Virus record (IMG/VR): IMGVR_UViG_3300010347_002503
Span: 64,001-101,963 of that record
From: a virus
Lineage: Duplodnaviria; Heunggongvirae; Uroviricota; Caudoviricetes
Strand: one strand, 5' to 3'
Length of the DNA: 37,963 nucleotides
A program made the position numbers and the translations under genes. This document shows, one piece after another, positions 1 through 9,822 of the stretch. Under the pieces are notes generated by a model. That model was not told the origin of the DNA. It searched no databases and saw only the letters and a program-made list of their open reading frames with translations. Every line of letters begins with the position of its first letter. Position 1 is the stretch's first letter.

Positions 1-3000
1 TTGTGGCTAATGGTTTTCCATAAAGACAAAAATGTGCTTATCATTTCGATTAAGCAAGACGTGTCTAAGGAAATCGTCTCTAAGATTCGGTTTGCCAATG
101 ATAACCTTCCATCTTGGTTGAAGGTTGAATGTAAAGAAGACAATCGCCTTTCTCTTAAACTAGCAAATGGCTCCCAAGTTGCCGCCGTTTCATCTGCAAC
201 AACAGCGGGTCGTTCTGCTGCACTGTCATTGCTGATTATTGACGAAGCTGCATTCGTTGAAAAGGCCGAGGAAATCTGGGCATCAGCACAACCTACTTTG
301 TCATGTTTAGATAAAAATACACTTATTTTAACCGATAAAGGATTAATTAGGTTGGAGCAATTAATTGACGGATCTACAAAGCTTGGTTTTAATTCGGTAA
401 ATTTGAAGGTTCATGACGGGGAAGAAATCACTGATGCATCTTCTTTTTATATGTCGGACAAATCTGACATGTATGAAGTAGAGTTTGCAAGTGGAGCAAA
501 AATCATTGGGACTAAAAAACACCCGTTGATGACCAAAAATGGATGGAAATCCATTTCAGATTTGTTTCCGGATGAAGACGAAGTTTTATGTAAATATTCT
601 CAACACCTCTTCGGACCTCCAATAGATTATTCAAAATTTAATCCAGATATTAGAAAAGATGCAGTTCATTATAAATTTTCAAATAGAGAAATAGCATATT
701 TATGTGGCCTCTGGACCGCCGAAGGTCACATTAACAAAAGAACCGTTGGAATTACCAATACCGATAAGGAAATAACTGATTGGCTAAAAAACAGGGGGTT
801 TACATGCTATGATGATAGACATTACTATTTGAGTTCCGTTTGGCTTGTCGAATTACTAAAATGGATAGGGTGCGAAGGAACTGCTCATACCAAACGAGTT
901 CCATGGAGAATTCTAAGCAGTTCGATGGAAGAACAATGTGCGTTTTTGCAAGGATTGTTTGACGGCGACGGTTGTTCGTTGGGAGCCAAGGGGGTTAAAC
1001 TGACATCTGTATCTTTTGAACTATTATCTAACGTAAGATGCATGTTGTTAAACTTGGGAATACGTTCCTATATTCGATCCTCCGAATGGAAATCCACCAA
1101 ATCCACAGTAATCAAGGATAAATCCAAGATCTTCCACGGATACGAATTGCATATTGGTGGATGGGATGCACATAAGTATTATACAACCATTGGTTTCACG
1201 GTTAAACGCAAAGCCGCAGGATGGAGCCAACTTCCATTAAAATCAATCAAGAGAGTATATCCCGACAAAAATGCAGTAAAAGAGCTTATATTGGAAACAG
1301 GACTATCGATTCGAGCATTTTCAAAAAAATATGGCTACTATTATGACAAGTATTTATGGAATGGTGGAAAAGGGTTGAGTATTTCTTCTGTAGAGAAGTT
1401 ACTCGATATTTGCAATGGATTATCGACATCCGAAAATTACAAAAAGGTAAAAGCGCAGTATGAAAGAGATACCACTGAATATTATGATAAAGTGGTCTCC
1501 GTCAGGTACTTAAAAAATGATTTTAGCTACGACCTGAAAGTGCCAAGCTCAGAGCGTTTTTTGGCAAATGGTTATATAAGTCATAATACAGGTGGTAAAG
1601 CCATACTTTTATCATGTGTAACGAAGGATACTTATGTTATTACCAATGAGGGAATCAAACAAGTAGAGGATTTTGTAGATATCACGAAGACGGGAGGATA
1701 TGAATGTAATCCTTATGGAGTTATGGGAGTAAACAAGATTCGACGTGGGAATCTTTTTTATAACAATGGTCGCCAGAAAACCATTCAAATCACTACCAAA
1801 TATTCAGATTTGGAGTGTACCAAAAATCATAAATTGTGGGCCTATCGTAATAGAACGGGAACATTTGGATGGTATAAAGCAGAGGAATTAGAAATCGGTG
1901 ATTTTCTGTCCATGCAAATAGGAATGAATACATGGGGAAATCAAAATGCCTTACAAGGATTTAGTCCATCGCAATCTACAAGAATTCGTTCACCCTTTTG
2001 CCCGTCTGAAATTTCTACAGATTTATCCTATTTATTTGGCCTTTATATTGCTGAGGGAAGTTCTTACAAGGTTAAGAATAAAACGGGAGAATTAATAGGA
2101 GGTTCCATTACAATTACCTGTGGAGATAATATCTCATGGGTATTCGATAGATTAGGATTGACGTATAATTGTTGGGATGGAATACATTACACAGTATCCA
2201 ATAAGAATCTTTTAGAATTATTTGAACATGTTGGGTTTGATTTATCTGCCAAGGCAAAAGATAAAACAATTCCGAAAACTCTGTTAAAAATGAGTTGGGA
2301 AAATATCCGTTGGATGTTAAGAGGAATATTTGACGGCAATGGTTGTGGGACAGACAAAGTCGTTCAACTAACATCCACATCAAAAGAATTAATAAAAAGC
2401 GTTAGAATGATTCTAATGAACGCTGGAATAGTTTCCAGTTTGTGCATACACTCGAAAGAAAAAATGAACTCATATAAGGGAGAGATATTCCATAATGAAG
2501 ATTCATTTGTTCTTGAAATACACGGACGCAATGCTTTGAAGTTTTATAACAACATTGGCTTCAATCTTGTTCGAAAACAGAAAAATAAAGAAAAACTAGA
2601 ACTTACCAATTTAAATAGAGCGTGTAGTCACGATGTAGTTCCAAATACCCTTGAGTTGGCGAGATCTTTGGTAAAAAAATCCGGATTAAAAGGGAGAGAA
2701 TTAAAAGAAATAACTGGCATTCAATTAAACGGTTATTTGAATAAAAAAACTCCTTATAAAACCCCGCATTTGTCTCAACACAATATTCTGACGCTTTTTG
2801 ATTTGTTCGGAGAATTACTGTCCACGGAAGAACAAAATGTTTGGAATCGAATCTTAGGAGAAGATATTATATGGTGTCCTATCACAGCTATACATCAATC
2901 CGTAAATGACACGTTTGATTTTTCTCTCCCAGATAATGAGAAGGACTTCTGGTGTCATTCTGTTATCTATAACGGATTCATAGGCCATCAAACACCAAAC

Positions 3001-5229
3001 GGCGTTGGTAACTTCTTCCATAAAATGTGGGTTCAGGCAGAAGAAGGCACAAACAAGTTTCATCCTATCAAGCTTCCTTGGCATTTACATCCCGAACGTG
3101 ACAAAAAATGGCGTGAAGATCAAGATCGAGTCAGCGAAAACCTCAAAAAAACTGCACAGGAATTGGATTGTGATTTTCTCTCATCCGGAGCAACAGTTAT
3201 CGATTTGCAGTTGCTTTCTTGGTTTAAGGAAACATACATGAGAGATCCCATTGAGAAACGAGGTATAAACCAAGAGTATTGGATATGGCAATATCCTATG
3301 TACACTCCGGATATTTCGTATATTGTTTGTCTTCCACCCGGAGAAAAGGTTTTAACTACCAAAGGAATTCGAAGCATTGAGGATGTAACATATGAAGATA
3401 AGTTAATCGATAGTGAAGGACGATATACTACGATTGAAGATATAAAGATTCGAGAATATCAGGGAAAGATATATGAGATTACTCCTTCCAATACGTTTCG
3501 GAGTACCAAATTTACCGCAGAACATCCCATTTTAGTTAGTTCCAATTCAAGACTTCAAAGAAATTATAATAAAACCAATAGTGAGTATGCTTTCAATCAA
3601 AGATATTGGGAACATGACTTTCACTTCAAAGATGCGAAGTTAGTAAAGAAAAATGATTGGATTTGTTTTCCCAATTTCTATAAAACAAATAATATTGTCA
3701 CCGATTTTGACAAATTATGGAATGAATTTAATGAAACGGGACGAAGTGACTTTCGACTGAGAAAGAATCCATTACTAGAGAACGATTTCTGGTGGTTTGT
3801 TGGAATTTGGTTAGTCGAAGGATGGTGTTATAGCGACAAATACAATAACGTGACGGTTTATACTGCACACAACTCTAATGAGATGGATCTTGTGAATCGA
3901 TTAAAACACGTCGTTGAAAATATCATTGGTCGAAGTCTCACAATTACGAAGAAGGACGATAACACTACGATTTGTCAATTTAATTCTAAACAAATAGGAA
4001 ATTTTTTAACGACCCATTTCGGCAAGTATGCGGGCGGGAAATTCATCTCCGAAGTTATAAAGTACTCTCCGGTCCACATAAAGAAGGAGTTAATTAATGG
4101 TTATGTAGCCGGGGATGGTTGTGTTTTAATTAATAAAAGAAATGCGAAAACAATAAAAATCACTTCTATTTCTCTACGGTTGTTAGAAGACATTCAAGAT
4201 ATATTGTTTTCAATCGGATGTGTTTCTTCGGTCAATTTATTAAGAAGAGAAAAACAAACCACAATTAAAAATAAAATGGTTAATCAGAAAGAGGCATATT
4301 CCTTAACTATCCACGATTATGGCTGTAAATTTTTGTTGGAGAATCATTCCCCAAAGTCAAAAACACAGCGGATTGCCGATTGCTATTTAAGTCCAGATGA
4401 AACCAAAATCTATTTTCGGGTTAAAAAAGTAAAAGAAATAGATTATACGGGAATGGTCTATAATTTTACAACAACGAGTGGAACTTTTTTGTGTAAAAAC
4501 ATAACGACTCATAATTGTGCAGACGTTGCCCGTGGAGACGGTGAAGATTATTCAGCTTTTCATGTTCTCAACGCCAAAACTATGGAACAATGTGCTGAAT
4601 TCAAAGGGCACATATCTACCAAGGAGTTTGGAAACATGCTTGTTTCTGTAGCAACTGATTACAACAACGCTTTACTTATCGTTGAACGTGAAGGACCGGG
4701 ATGGGCTACTTTACAACAAATTATTGACCGTGGTTATCCTAATACCTTTTATGGTTCCGCAGACCTTCGATATGTTGATGTTGAACAACAAATGACCAAC
4801 AAATACTATACCGAAGAAAAGAAAATGGTACCGGGGTTTGCGACTACTCTTCGAACCCGTCCAGTCATTATTTCTAATATGTGCCAATACTTCGTGGATA
4901 AATCACTTAACCTTTATTCTAAACGGCTTTATTCTGAATTAGAAGTTTTCGTTTGGGAAAACCACAAACCACAAGCAGCCACAGGATATAACGACGACTT
5001 GGTTATGTCATTGGCCATTGGAATCTGGGTTCGAGATACCGCTCTTAGGCTACAACAGGAACGAATCAACTTAACTAGAGCCACACTTGATCAGATTACA
5101 GTAAAAAAACCCGAGCAATCACCGGTGTATAGAGTTGGTGCAAGACAACCCCAAAATGCATGGAAAATGCCAGTCGGAGTAAAAACTCCATTTGGTGGCC
5201 CAGAAGAGGACTTGAAATGGCTCCTTTAA
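1..5229 (+). CDS. gp17: Terminase large subunit (T4 gp17-like), 5'-truncated by the window edge, interrupted by three inteins (459 extein aa in window)
   Basis: Walker B LLIIDEAAF; after in-silico splicing, coupling motif ILLS|TPNG; nuclease motif YIV|CADVARGDGEDYSAF; C-terminal DDLVMSLAIG; portal gene follows directly. Confidence 0.95.
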   Translation: MWLMVFHKDKNVLIISIKQDVSKEIVSKIRFANDNLPSWLKVECKEDNRLSLKLANGSQVAAVSSATTAGRSAALSLLIIDEAAFVEKAEEIWASAQPTLSCLDKNTLILTDKGLIRLEQLIDGSTKLGFNSVNLKVHDGEEITDASSFYMSDKSDMYEVEFASGAKIIGTKKHPLMTKNGWKSISDLFPDEDEVLCKYSQHLFGPPIDYSKFNPDIRKDAVHYKFSNREIAYLCGLWTAEGHINKRTVGITNTDKEITDWLKNRGFTCYDDRHYYLSSVWLVELLKWIGCEGTAHTKRVPWRILSSSMEEQCAFLQGLFDGDGCSLGAKGVKLTSVSFELLSNVRCMLLNLGIRSYIRSSEWKSTKSTVIKDKSKIFHGYELHIGGWDAHKYYTTIGFTVKRKAAGWSQLPLKSIKRVYPDKNAVKELILETGLSIRAFSKKYGYYYDKYLWNGGKGLSISSVEKLLDICNGLSTSENYKKVKAQYERDTTEYYDKVVSVRYLKNDFSYDLKVPSSERFLANGYISHNTGGKAILLSCVTKDTYVITNEGIKQVEDFVDITKTGGYECNPYGVMGVNKIRRGNLFYNNGRQKTIQITTKYSDLECTKNHKLWAYRNRTGTFGWYKAEELEIGDFLSMQIGMNTWGNQNALQGFSPSQSTRIRSPFCPSEISTDLSYLFGLYIAEGSSYKVKNKTGELIGGSITITCGDNISWVFDRLGLTYNCWDGIHYTVSNKNLLELFEHVGFDLSAKAKDKTIPKTLLKMSWENIRWMLRGIFDGNGCGTDKVVQLTSTSKELIKSVRMILMNAGIVSSLCIHSKEKMNSYKGEIFHNEDSFVLEIHGRNALKFYNNIGFNLVRKQKNKEKLELTNLNRACSHDVVPNTLELARSLVKKSGLKGRELKEITGIQLNGYLNKKTPYKTPHLSQHNILTLFDLFGELLSTEEQNVWNRILGEDIIWCPITAIHQSVNDTFDFSLPDNEKDFWCHSVIYNGFIGHQTPNGVGNFFHKMWVQAEEGTNKFHPIKLPWHLHPERDKKWREDQDRVSENLKKTAQELDCDFLSSGATVIDLQLLSWFKETYMRDPIEKRGINQEYWIWQYPMYTPDISYIVCLPPGEKVLTTKGIRSIEDVTYEDKLIDSEGRYTTIEDIKIREYQGKIYEITPSNTFRSTKFTAEHPILVSSNSRLQRNYNKTNSEYAFNQRYWEHDFHFKDAKLVKKNDWICFPNFYKTNNIVTDFDKLWNEFNETGRSDFRLRKNPLLENDFWWFVGIWLVEGWCYSDKYNNVTVYTAHNSNEMDLVNRLKHVVENIIGRSLTITKKDDNTTICQFNSKQIGNFLTTHFGKYAGGKFISEVIKYSPVHIKKELINGYVAGDGCVLINKRNAKTIKITSISLRLLEDIQDILFSIGCVSSVNLLRREKQTTIKNKMVNQKEAYSLTIHDYGCKFLLENHSPKSKTQRIADCYLSPDETKIYFRVKKVKEIDYTGMVYNFTTTSGTFLCKNITTHNCADVARGDGEDYSAFHVLNAKTMEQCAEFKGHISTKEFGNMLVSVATDYNNALLIVEREGPGWATLQQIIDRGYPNTFYGSADLRYVDVEQQMTNKYYTEEKKMVPGFATTLRTRPVIISNMCQYFVDKSLNLYSKRLYSELEVFVWENHKPQAATGYNDDLVMSLAIGIWVRDTALRLQQERINLTRATLDQITVKKPEQSPVYRVGARQPQNAWKMPVGVKTPFGGPEEDLKWLL
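304..1587 (+). mobile_element. Intein 1 of terminase (428 aa, LAGLIDADG homing endonuclease)
   Basis: Starts CLDKNTLILTDKG; block B TKKHP; LAGLIDADG motifs LCGLWTAEG and FLQGLFDGDG; ends FLANGYISHN followed by Thr(+1). Confidence 0.93.
1615..2991 (+). mobile_element. Intein 2 of terminase (459 aa, LAGLIDADG; His-Gln C-terminus)
   Basis: Starts CVTKDTYVITNEG; block B TKNHK; motifs LFGLYIAEG and LRGIFDGNG; ends YNGFIGHQ followed by Thr(+1) of TPNG. Confidence 0.92.
3328..4515 (+). mobile_element. Intein 3 of terminase (396 aa, LAGLIDADG)
   Basis: Starts CLPPGEKVLTTKG; block B TAEHP; motifs FVGIWLVEG and LINGYVAGDG; ends FLCKNITTHN followed by Cys(+1), two residues before the nuclease Asp (CAD). 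Confidence 0.93.
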
Positions 5230-5243
5230 CGTTTTTTTCTACA

Positions 5244-5251
5244 TATTTATA
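5244..5251 (+). promoter_or_regulatory. TATTTATA box, putative late promoter upstream of portal
   Basis: Intergenic CATATTTATA; the same octamer precedes several structural genes in sense orientation. Confidence 0.55.
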
Positions 5252-5305
5252 GTCACGATGTTATAAAGCATCATACATACACACGAATAATGAAAGGCTA
5301 ATTCT

Positions 5306-8300
5306 ATGGCAGATCACTTCAAACAATTCAATGACGATACAGTAGATATCAAGCAACAATCTCTTTATGCGAGGTTGAAGAGGCTTTTTTCAACTGATGT
5401 GATTGTTCGAAACGTCGGTGGTAAACAGATTAAAATCAAGGACACCGACAATATCATGTATGCAACGGATCGCAACTCATTGCGAGACCGTTTCAATCGT
5501 ATCCGTTCCACAGCTTACAACGCATACACCAGAGACTTTGCTCTCTCTTACCAAGCAGCAAGAATGGACTTGTTCCGTGATTACGATTGTGTAGGACCAG
5601 ATACCATTATTCCATTGCCAGATGGATCACGCCCAACTATTGCTGAACTGGCTGAGAAATATAAAGACCGTCCTCAAGAACGATTTTGGGTATTCTCATA
5701 CGACCATGAAACCAAATCCATAAAACTTGGGAAAGCATATCATCCACGTAAGAAAAAGGGGACACGTCAAGGATATAGAGTAACGTTTGATGACGGAAGT
5801 TCTATCGTTGGAAGTTTGAAGCACCCATTCTTAATGAGAGATGGTAGCAAAAAACGTCTTTTTGAGTTGCGTGTAGGCGATTCTGTAATGCCTTTCTATC
5901 AGAAAGAGTATGGGTATGATAAACATGGATTTAAGCGTTATCGTAAAATATACAACTTCTCAAAAGGATGGCAGCAAGAACACAAAATAATTGCCGAACA
6001 GTTTTATAGACCACTTGAAAAAAATGAAGTCGTTCATCACAAAAATTTCAATGGATCAGACAATACTCCTGAAAACCTAGAAATAATGGATTGGGAAGCT
6101 CATAAGAGATTACATTCTGATCACAATAAGAATGTGCTATGGGGAAGTGAAAATTATAAAAATCAACTCCAAAAGCTGAAATCTCACCCCAATTATGTTA
6201 ACCGTCAGTTTCATCGATGGAATGGAGAACGTAATGGATCAAACCATCCATTTTATGGAAATACACATTCAGACGACTCAAATGAAAAACGCTCTAATAC
6301 ACTAAAAGAAGTATTCAAGAATAGAGACCAAACAGGTGAAAGAAATCCAAAATATCGTGATGATATTACATTCGAAAACGTAAAACAAAGAGCGTTTGAT
6401 TATTACAAAGAGTACTCTAAAATAAATCTATGGGATTTCATTAAACACATTCATTGCGATCATTCAACTTTACAAAATCGTCTTCAAGGTGAAGGACATA
6501 ATTGGAAGACATTCAAAAAAGAAATCGAGACAACTCTGAATCATAAAATTGTCTCTATTGAATGTATCGGAGAGATTGAAGTATATGACGTAACAGTTGA
6601 AAAGTATGAAAACTTTGCAACCGACAGTTGCATCGTTGGAAATACAATGGATATGGACCCCATCATCGCCTCGGCATTGGACATTTATGCTGACGAGTGT
6701 CTTACCCTGAACGAATTGAAAGAAATGTTGGTTATTCATTCGAAAAACCAGAATATCAAAAAAATTCTTCACAACCTGTTTTACGACATTCTCAATATCG
6801 AGGGTAACCTTTGGTCTTGGACTCGTAACATGTGCAAATACGGCGATTTTTTCCTTCGATTATACATTACTCCCGAATACGGCATTTACATGGTAGAACC
6901 AATTTCGGCATATAATGTTGAGCGTATTGAGAATGCCGATCCATACAATAAACGGTATGTGAAATTTCAGCTTCGACCAACCGATACTTCTCAGGCAGAA
7001 GTTTTGGAAAACTATGAAATGGCTCATTTCCGTTTACTTTCCGACAGCAATTTCCTTCCATATGGTAAGGCAATGATCGAGCCAGCCCGTCGTGTTTGGA
7101 AACAGCTTTCTTTGATGGAAGACGCAATGCTAATTCATCGGATCATGCGTGCTCCAGAACGACGTATTTTCAAGATTGATGTTGGTGCGATTCCTCCAAA
7201 CGAAGTTGATGCTTACATGGAGAAACTTATCTCTAAGGTGAAGAAAGTTCCATTTATTGATGAGCGCACAGGAGATTATAATCTTCGATTTAATCTCAAC
7301 AACATGACGGAAGACATTTATCTGCCAACTCGTGGTGGTGATAGCGGAACAGAAATCGATACTCTGGCCGGAATGGAATGGACTGGCATCGAAGATTTGG
7401 ATTACATTAAACACAAAATGATGGCTGCTCTTAAAATTCCGAAAGCATTCCTCGGATATGAAGAAGGACTTTCTGGAAAAGCCATATTGGCCTCGGAAGA
7501 CGTGCGTTTTGCACGCACAATTCAACGCATTCAACGAATCATCGTTTCAGAACTCAGCAAGATTGCTATCATTCACTTATATGCACAGGGTTACAGGGAC
7601 GAATCTTTGGTTGATTTCGAACTGGAACTCACCAACCCAAGTACAATCTTTGAACGTGAAAAGGTTGAAATCTGGGGAGAAAAAGTATCGGTTGCGGCGG
7701 ATATGTTGGAAACAAAACTCATGTCCAAAGAATGGATTTACAAGAATATCTTCAATATGTCCGATGAAGATATTATGGACCTCACCGATGAAATTCTCGA
7801 AGATACCAAACAAAAATTCCGCCTGACCTCAATTGAGGAAGAAGGAAACGATCCTGCTAAACCAGCACAACAAATCAATCCCGGTAATATTGGTGGTGGT
7901 GGTGGACCAGAAGGTGGTCCAGATCTTGGAGACCTCGAAGGTGGACCGGGAGGTAGTCCCGGTGGGGGAGAAGGTGGACCGCCTTTACAGGAAAGAACAG
8001 AACAAGATCAATCTGACCGAGACCAAACAGGACGAAAAAATGCTCGTGATTATCCATTTGGAGAAGACCCACTAGGTAATTTAGAAATGAAATCCAAGCC
8101 GGGTACAGAACGTGATATTCGTCATCATTATCGAAGTTCTCCCCTTGGAATGAATGAGGGGGTTGGACTCAAACCCAAAGTAGATCAGGGTGTCATTAGT
8201 GGTCTAAAAGGTTTCTTAACAAAACCCCTTCTTCAAGAAGAGAAGGAGCTTCGAGATGAACTAGGACCGAATGCCGGTAAAACTCTTCTTGACGAAAGCA

Positions 8301-8317
8301 ACATCATAGAAGAATAA
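5306..8317 (+). CDS. gp20: Portal protein (T4 gp20-like) with one intein
   Basis: gp20-like motifs RNMCKYGDFF, EDAMLIHRIMRAPERRIFKIDVG, EDIYLPTRGGDSGTEIDTLAG, ALKIPKAFLG; Gly-rich acidic C-terminal tail; position after terminase. Confidence 0.95.
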   Translation: MADHFKQFNDDTVDIKQQSLYARLKRLFSTDVIVRNVGGKQIKIKDTDNIMYATDRNSLRDRFNRIRSTAYNAYTRDFALSYQAARMDLFRDYDCVGPDTIIPLPDGSRPTIAELAEKYKDRPQERFWVFSYDHETKSIKLGKAYHPRKKKGTRQGYRVTFDDGSSIVGSLKHPFLMRDGSKKRLFELRVGDSVMPFYQKEYGYDKHGFKRYRKIYNFSKGWQQEHKIIAEQFYRPLEKNEVVHHKNFNGSDNTPENLEIMDWEAHKRLHSDHNKNVLWGSENYKNQLQKLKSHPNYVNRQFHRWNGERNGSNHPFYGNTHSDDSNEKRSNTLKEVFKNRDQTGERNPKYRDDITFENVKQRAFDYYKEYSKINLWDFIKHIHCDHSTLQNRLQGEGHNWKTFKKEIETTLNHKIVSIECIGEIEVYDVTVEKYENFATDSCIVGNTMDMDPIIASALDIYADECLTLNELKEMLVIHSKNQNIKKILHNLFYDILNIEGNLWSWTRNMCKYGDFFLRLYITPEYGIYMVEPISAYNVERIENADPYNKRYVKFQLRPTDTSQAEVLENYEMAHFRLLSDSNFLPYGKAMIEPARRVWKQLSLMEDAMLIHRIMRAPERRIFKIDVGAIPPNEVDAYMEKLISKVKKVPFIDERTGDYNLRFNLNNMTEDIYLPTRGGDSGTEIDTLAGMEWTGIEDLDYIKHKMMAALKIPKAFLGYEEGLSGKAILASEDVRFARTIQRIQRIIVSELSKIAIIHLYAQGYRDESLVDFELELTNPSTIFEREKVEIWGEKVSVAADMLETKLMSKEWIYKNIFNMSDEDIMDLTDEILEDTKQKFRLTSIEEEGNDPAKPAQQINPGNIGGGGGPEGGPDLGDLEGGPGGSPGGGEGGPPLQERTEQDQSDRDQTGRKNARDYPFGEDPLGNLEMKSKPGTERDIRHHYRSSPLGMNEGVGLKPKVDQGVISGLKGFLTKPLLQEEKELRDELGPNAGKTLLDESNIIEE
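5588..6643 (+). mobile_element. Portal intein (352 aa) carrying an HNH endonuclease with NUMOD3-like motif
   Basis: Starts CVGPDTIIPLPDG; block F/G VYDVTVEKYENFATDSCIVGN followed by Thr(+1); internal HNH VVHHKNFNGSDNTPENLEIM...H; HPFYGNTHSDDSNEKRS; removal restores RDYD|TMDMDPIIASALDIYADE. Confidence 0.92.
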
Positions 8318-8354
8318 GGTATAACAAATGTGTATGTTTGGAGTTGAAACAACA

Positions 8355-8362
8355 TATTTATA
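8355..8362 (+). promoter_or_regulatory. TATTTATA box, putative late promoter
   Basis: Intergenic CATATTTATA, 24 nt before ATG 8387. Confidence 0.55.
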
Positions 8363-8386
8363 AAGTAGTTGAGAGTTGAAATTACT

Positions 8387-9274
8387 ATGCAGAAACGAAT
8401 GCGTCATTCCAAGTTTAAAAATACTGGCATTCTCTTTGAACTTTTGACTCGACAAATCACTGCCGATATTTTGGCAGGACGAAGCGAGTCACCAGCTAAA
8501 GATTTGCTATTCAAATATTTTAAGGAGAACACAGAACTGGGGAAAGAATGGAAGCTTTACAGTGCTCTTCTTTCACACAAACTTCTCGACGAAACCAAAG
8601 CAGAGCGATTCGTTTCTGTTATTCTTGAAGCTCGTAAAAGATTGAGCCGTAAAAGTCTCGCTCACGAGAAGTATGAACTCATAAAGGAAATTAAAGAAGT
8701 TTATCCTCTTGATGAACTTTTTAAGGCTCCTATTCGGAATTATCGAATATTGGCTTCTATCTATAAGCTATTTGAAGACGGTGTTTCCGGAGACGTTAGG
8801 TTTGATGTTAATGAAGTGTTCCAAGCCAAAACCTGCATAGTAGAGCACATTGTTGACAAGCCGAAGTCTGTACCAAAAGAAACCGAAGACGAACAACTCA
8901 TCGACTGCTATAGACGACAATCTGCGGAAACCCGTCTTCTCGCTTACGAACTTTTGCTCGAAAAACTCAATACCAAGTATGCTACGGTATTAGATGACGA
9001 TCAGAAGGCGGTTCTACGTGAATATATTTACAACATCGCTAATACCAATTCTCTTGGCAACTTTGTCAAATCAAAAGTCTCCGAAGTGAAGACGCAGTTG
9101 ACCGAAGTGGTCAAGAAAATCGATGACAATGTTGCCCGCATTAAGATCACCGAAGTTGTCCATCAACTAGATAAAGTTAATCCGGATAAGATTGTCAAAG
9201 ATAATCAAATCATGGTTCTTTTGCTCTCTTACGAGTTGCTCAAGGAATGCCGAAAACAGTTGAGGACAACATGA
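8387..9274 (+). CDS. Hypothetical helical protein downstream of portal (head-module associated)
   Basis: Long ORF; preferred start ATG 8387 (MQKRMRHSKFKNTGILFELL) after the TATTTATA box; function unknown. Confidence 0.8.
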   Translation: MQKRMRHSKFKNTGILFELLTRQITADILAGRSESPAKDLLFKYFKENTELGKEWKLYSALLSHKLLDETKAERFVSVILEARKRLSRKSLAHEKYELIKEIKEVYPLDELFKAPIRNYRILASIYKLFEDGVSGDVRFDVNEVFQAKTCIVEHIVDKPKSVPKETEDEQLIDCYRRQSAETRLLAYELLLEKLNTKYATVLDDDQKAVLREYIYNIANTNSLGNFVKSKVSEVKTQLTEVVKKIDDNVARIKITEVVHQLDKVNPDKIVKDNQIMVLLLSYELLKECRKQLRTT

Positions 9275-9822
9275 AAAAAAGTGAGCTTAAAATAGTAATA
9301 AAAGAAGCCCTCCGGACTATTCTGGCCGAGATGTTTCGTCCAAAAATGAAACTATCGATGTTAGAAGAAGGACCAATTCCACTAGGAGATTTGTTGTCAG
9401 CGTGGCGTGAAGATAAAGACGGTGAATACGTTCAAATCAATCCCGACGATTCCGTTTGGCTTATCCGTCATCAACGACCCGTGTTTAAAATTGCCCCAGA
9501 AGGAACTGAAAATCCCTATCCCATTATTGCACGATGGATGACGAAAGGAGGGGTTATTCTAAATATTTGGAAGGTTAACGATCACGGAAATGTGGAATTG
9601 ATGAGTCGAACTGGAAAGGAACTTGGGGGGCTTGTAGAGAACATAAACGAAATGACGACAACCGGGGATGTTGCTCCACTCAATCTTCCCGGTAATGTTG
9701 CAGGTGGATGGCTTTCTCCAAAAGGTGGAAGTAAAAAAGGTGTCGCTGGTTCAGCGAAGCTTGGCTATGAATTGACTTCGATTGGAAAACAGGACATGGA
9801 AAGAAAACGAGATCCGTCGTAA
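9271..9822 (+). CDS. Putative internal head protein (MKKSELK... N-terminus)
   Basis: ATG 9271 overlaps the upstream stop (ATGA); N-terminal motif shared with 11289, 24243(-) and 34866; contains EMTTTGDV. Confidence 0.75.
   Translation: MKKSELKIVIKEALRTILAEMFRPKMKLSMLEEGPIPLGDLLSAWREDKDGEYVQINPDDSVWLIRHQRPVFKIAPEGTENPYPIIARWMTKGGVILNIWKVNDHGNVELMSRTGKELGGLVENINEMTTTGDVAPLNLPGNVAGGWLSPKGGSKKGVAGSAKLGYELTSIGKQDMERKRDPS

Noticed and set aside
7882-7980. Gly-rich portal tail, and Pro/Gln/Ala-rich tracts in 9822-10658 and the scaffold, as novel repeats
   Set aside because: Ordinary low-complexity linkers with no discrete repeat unit.
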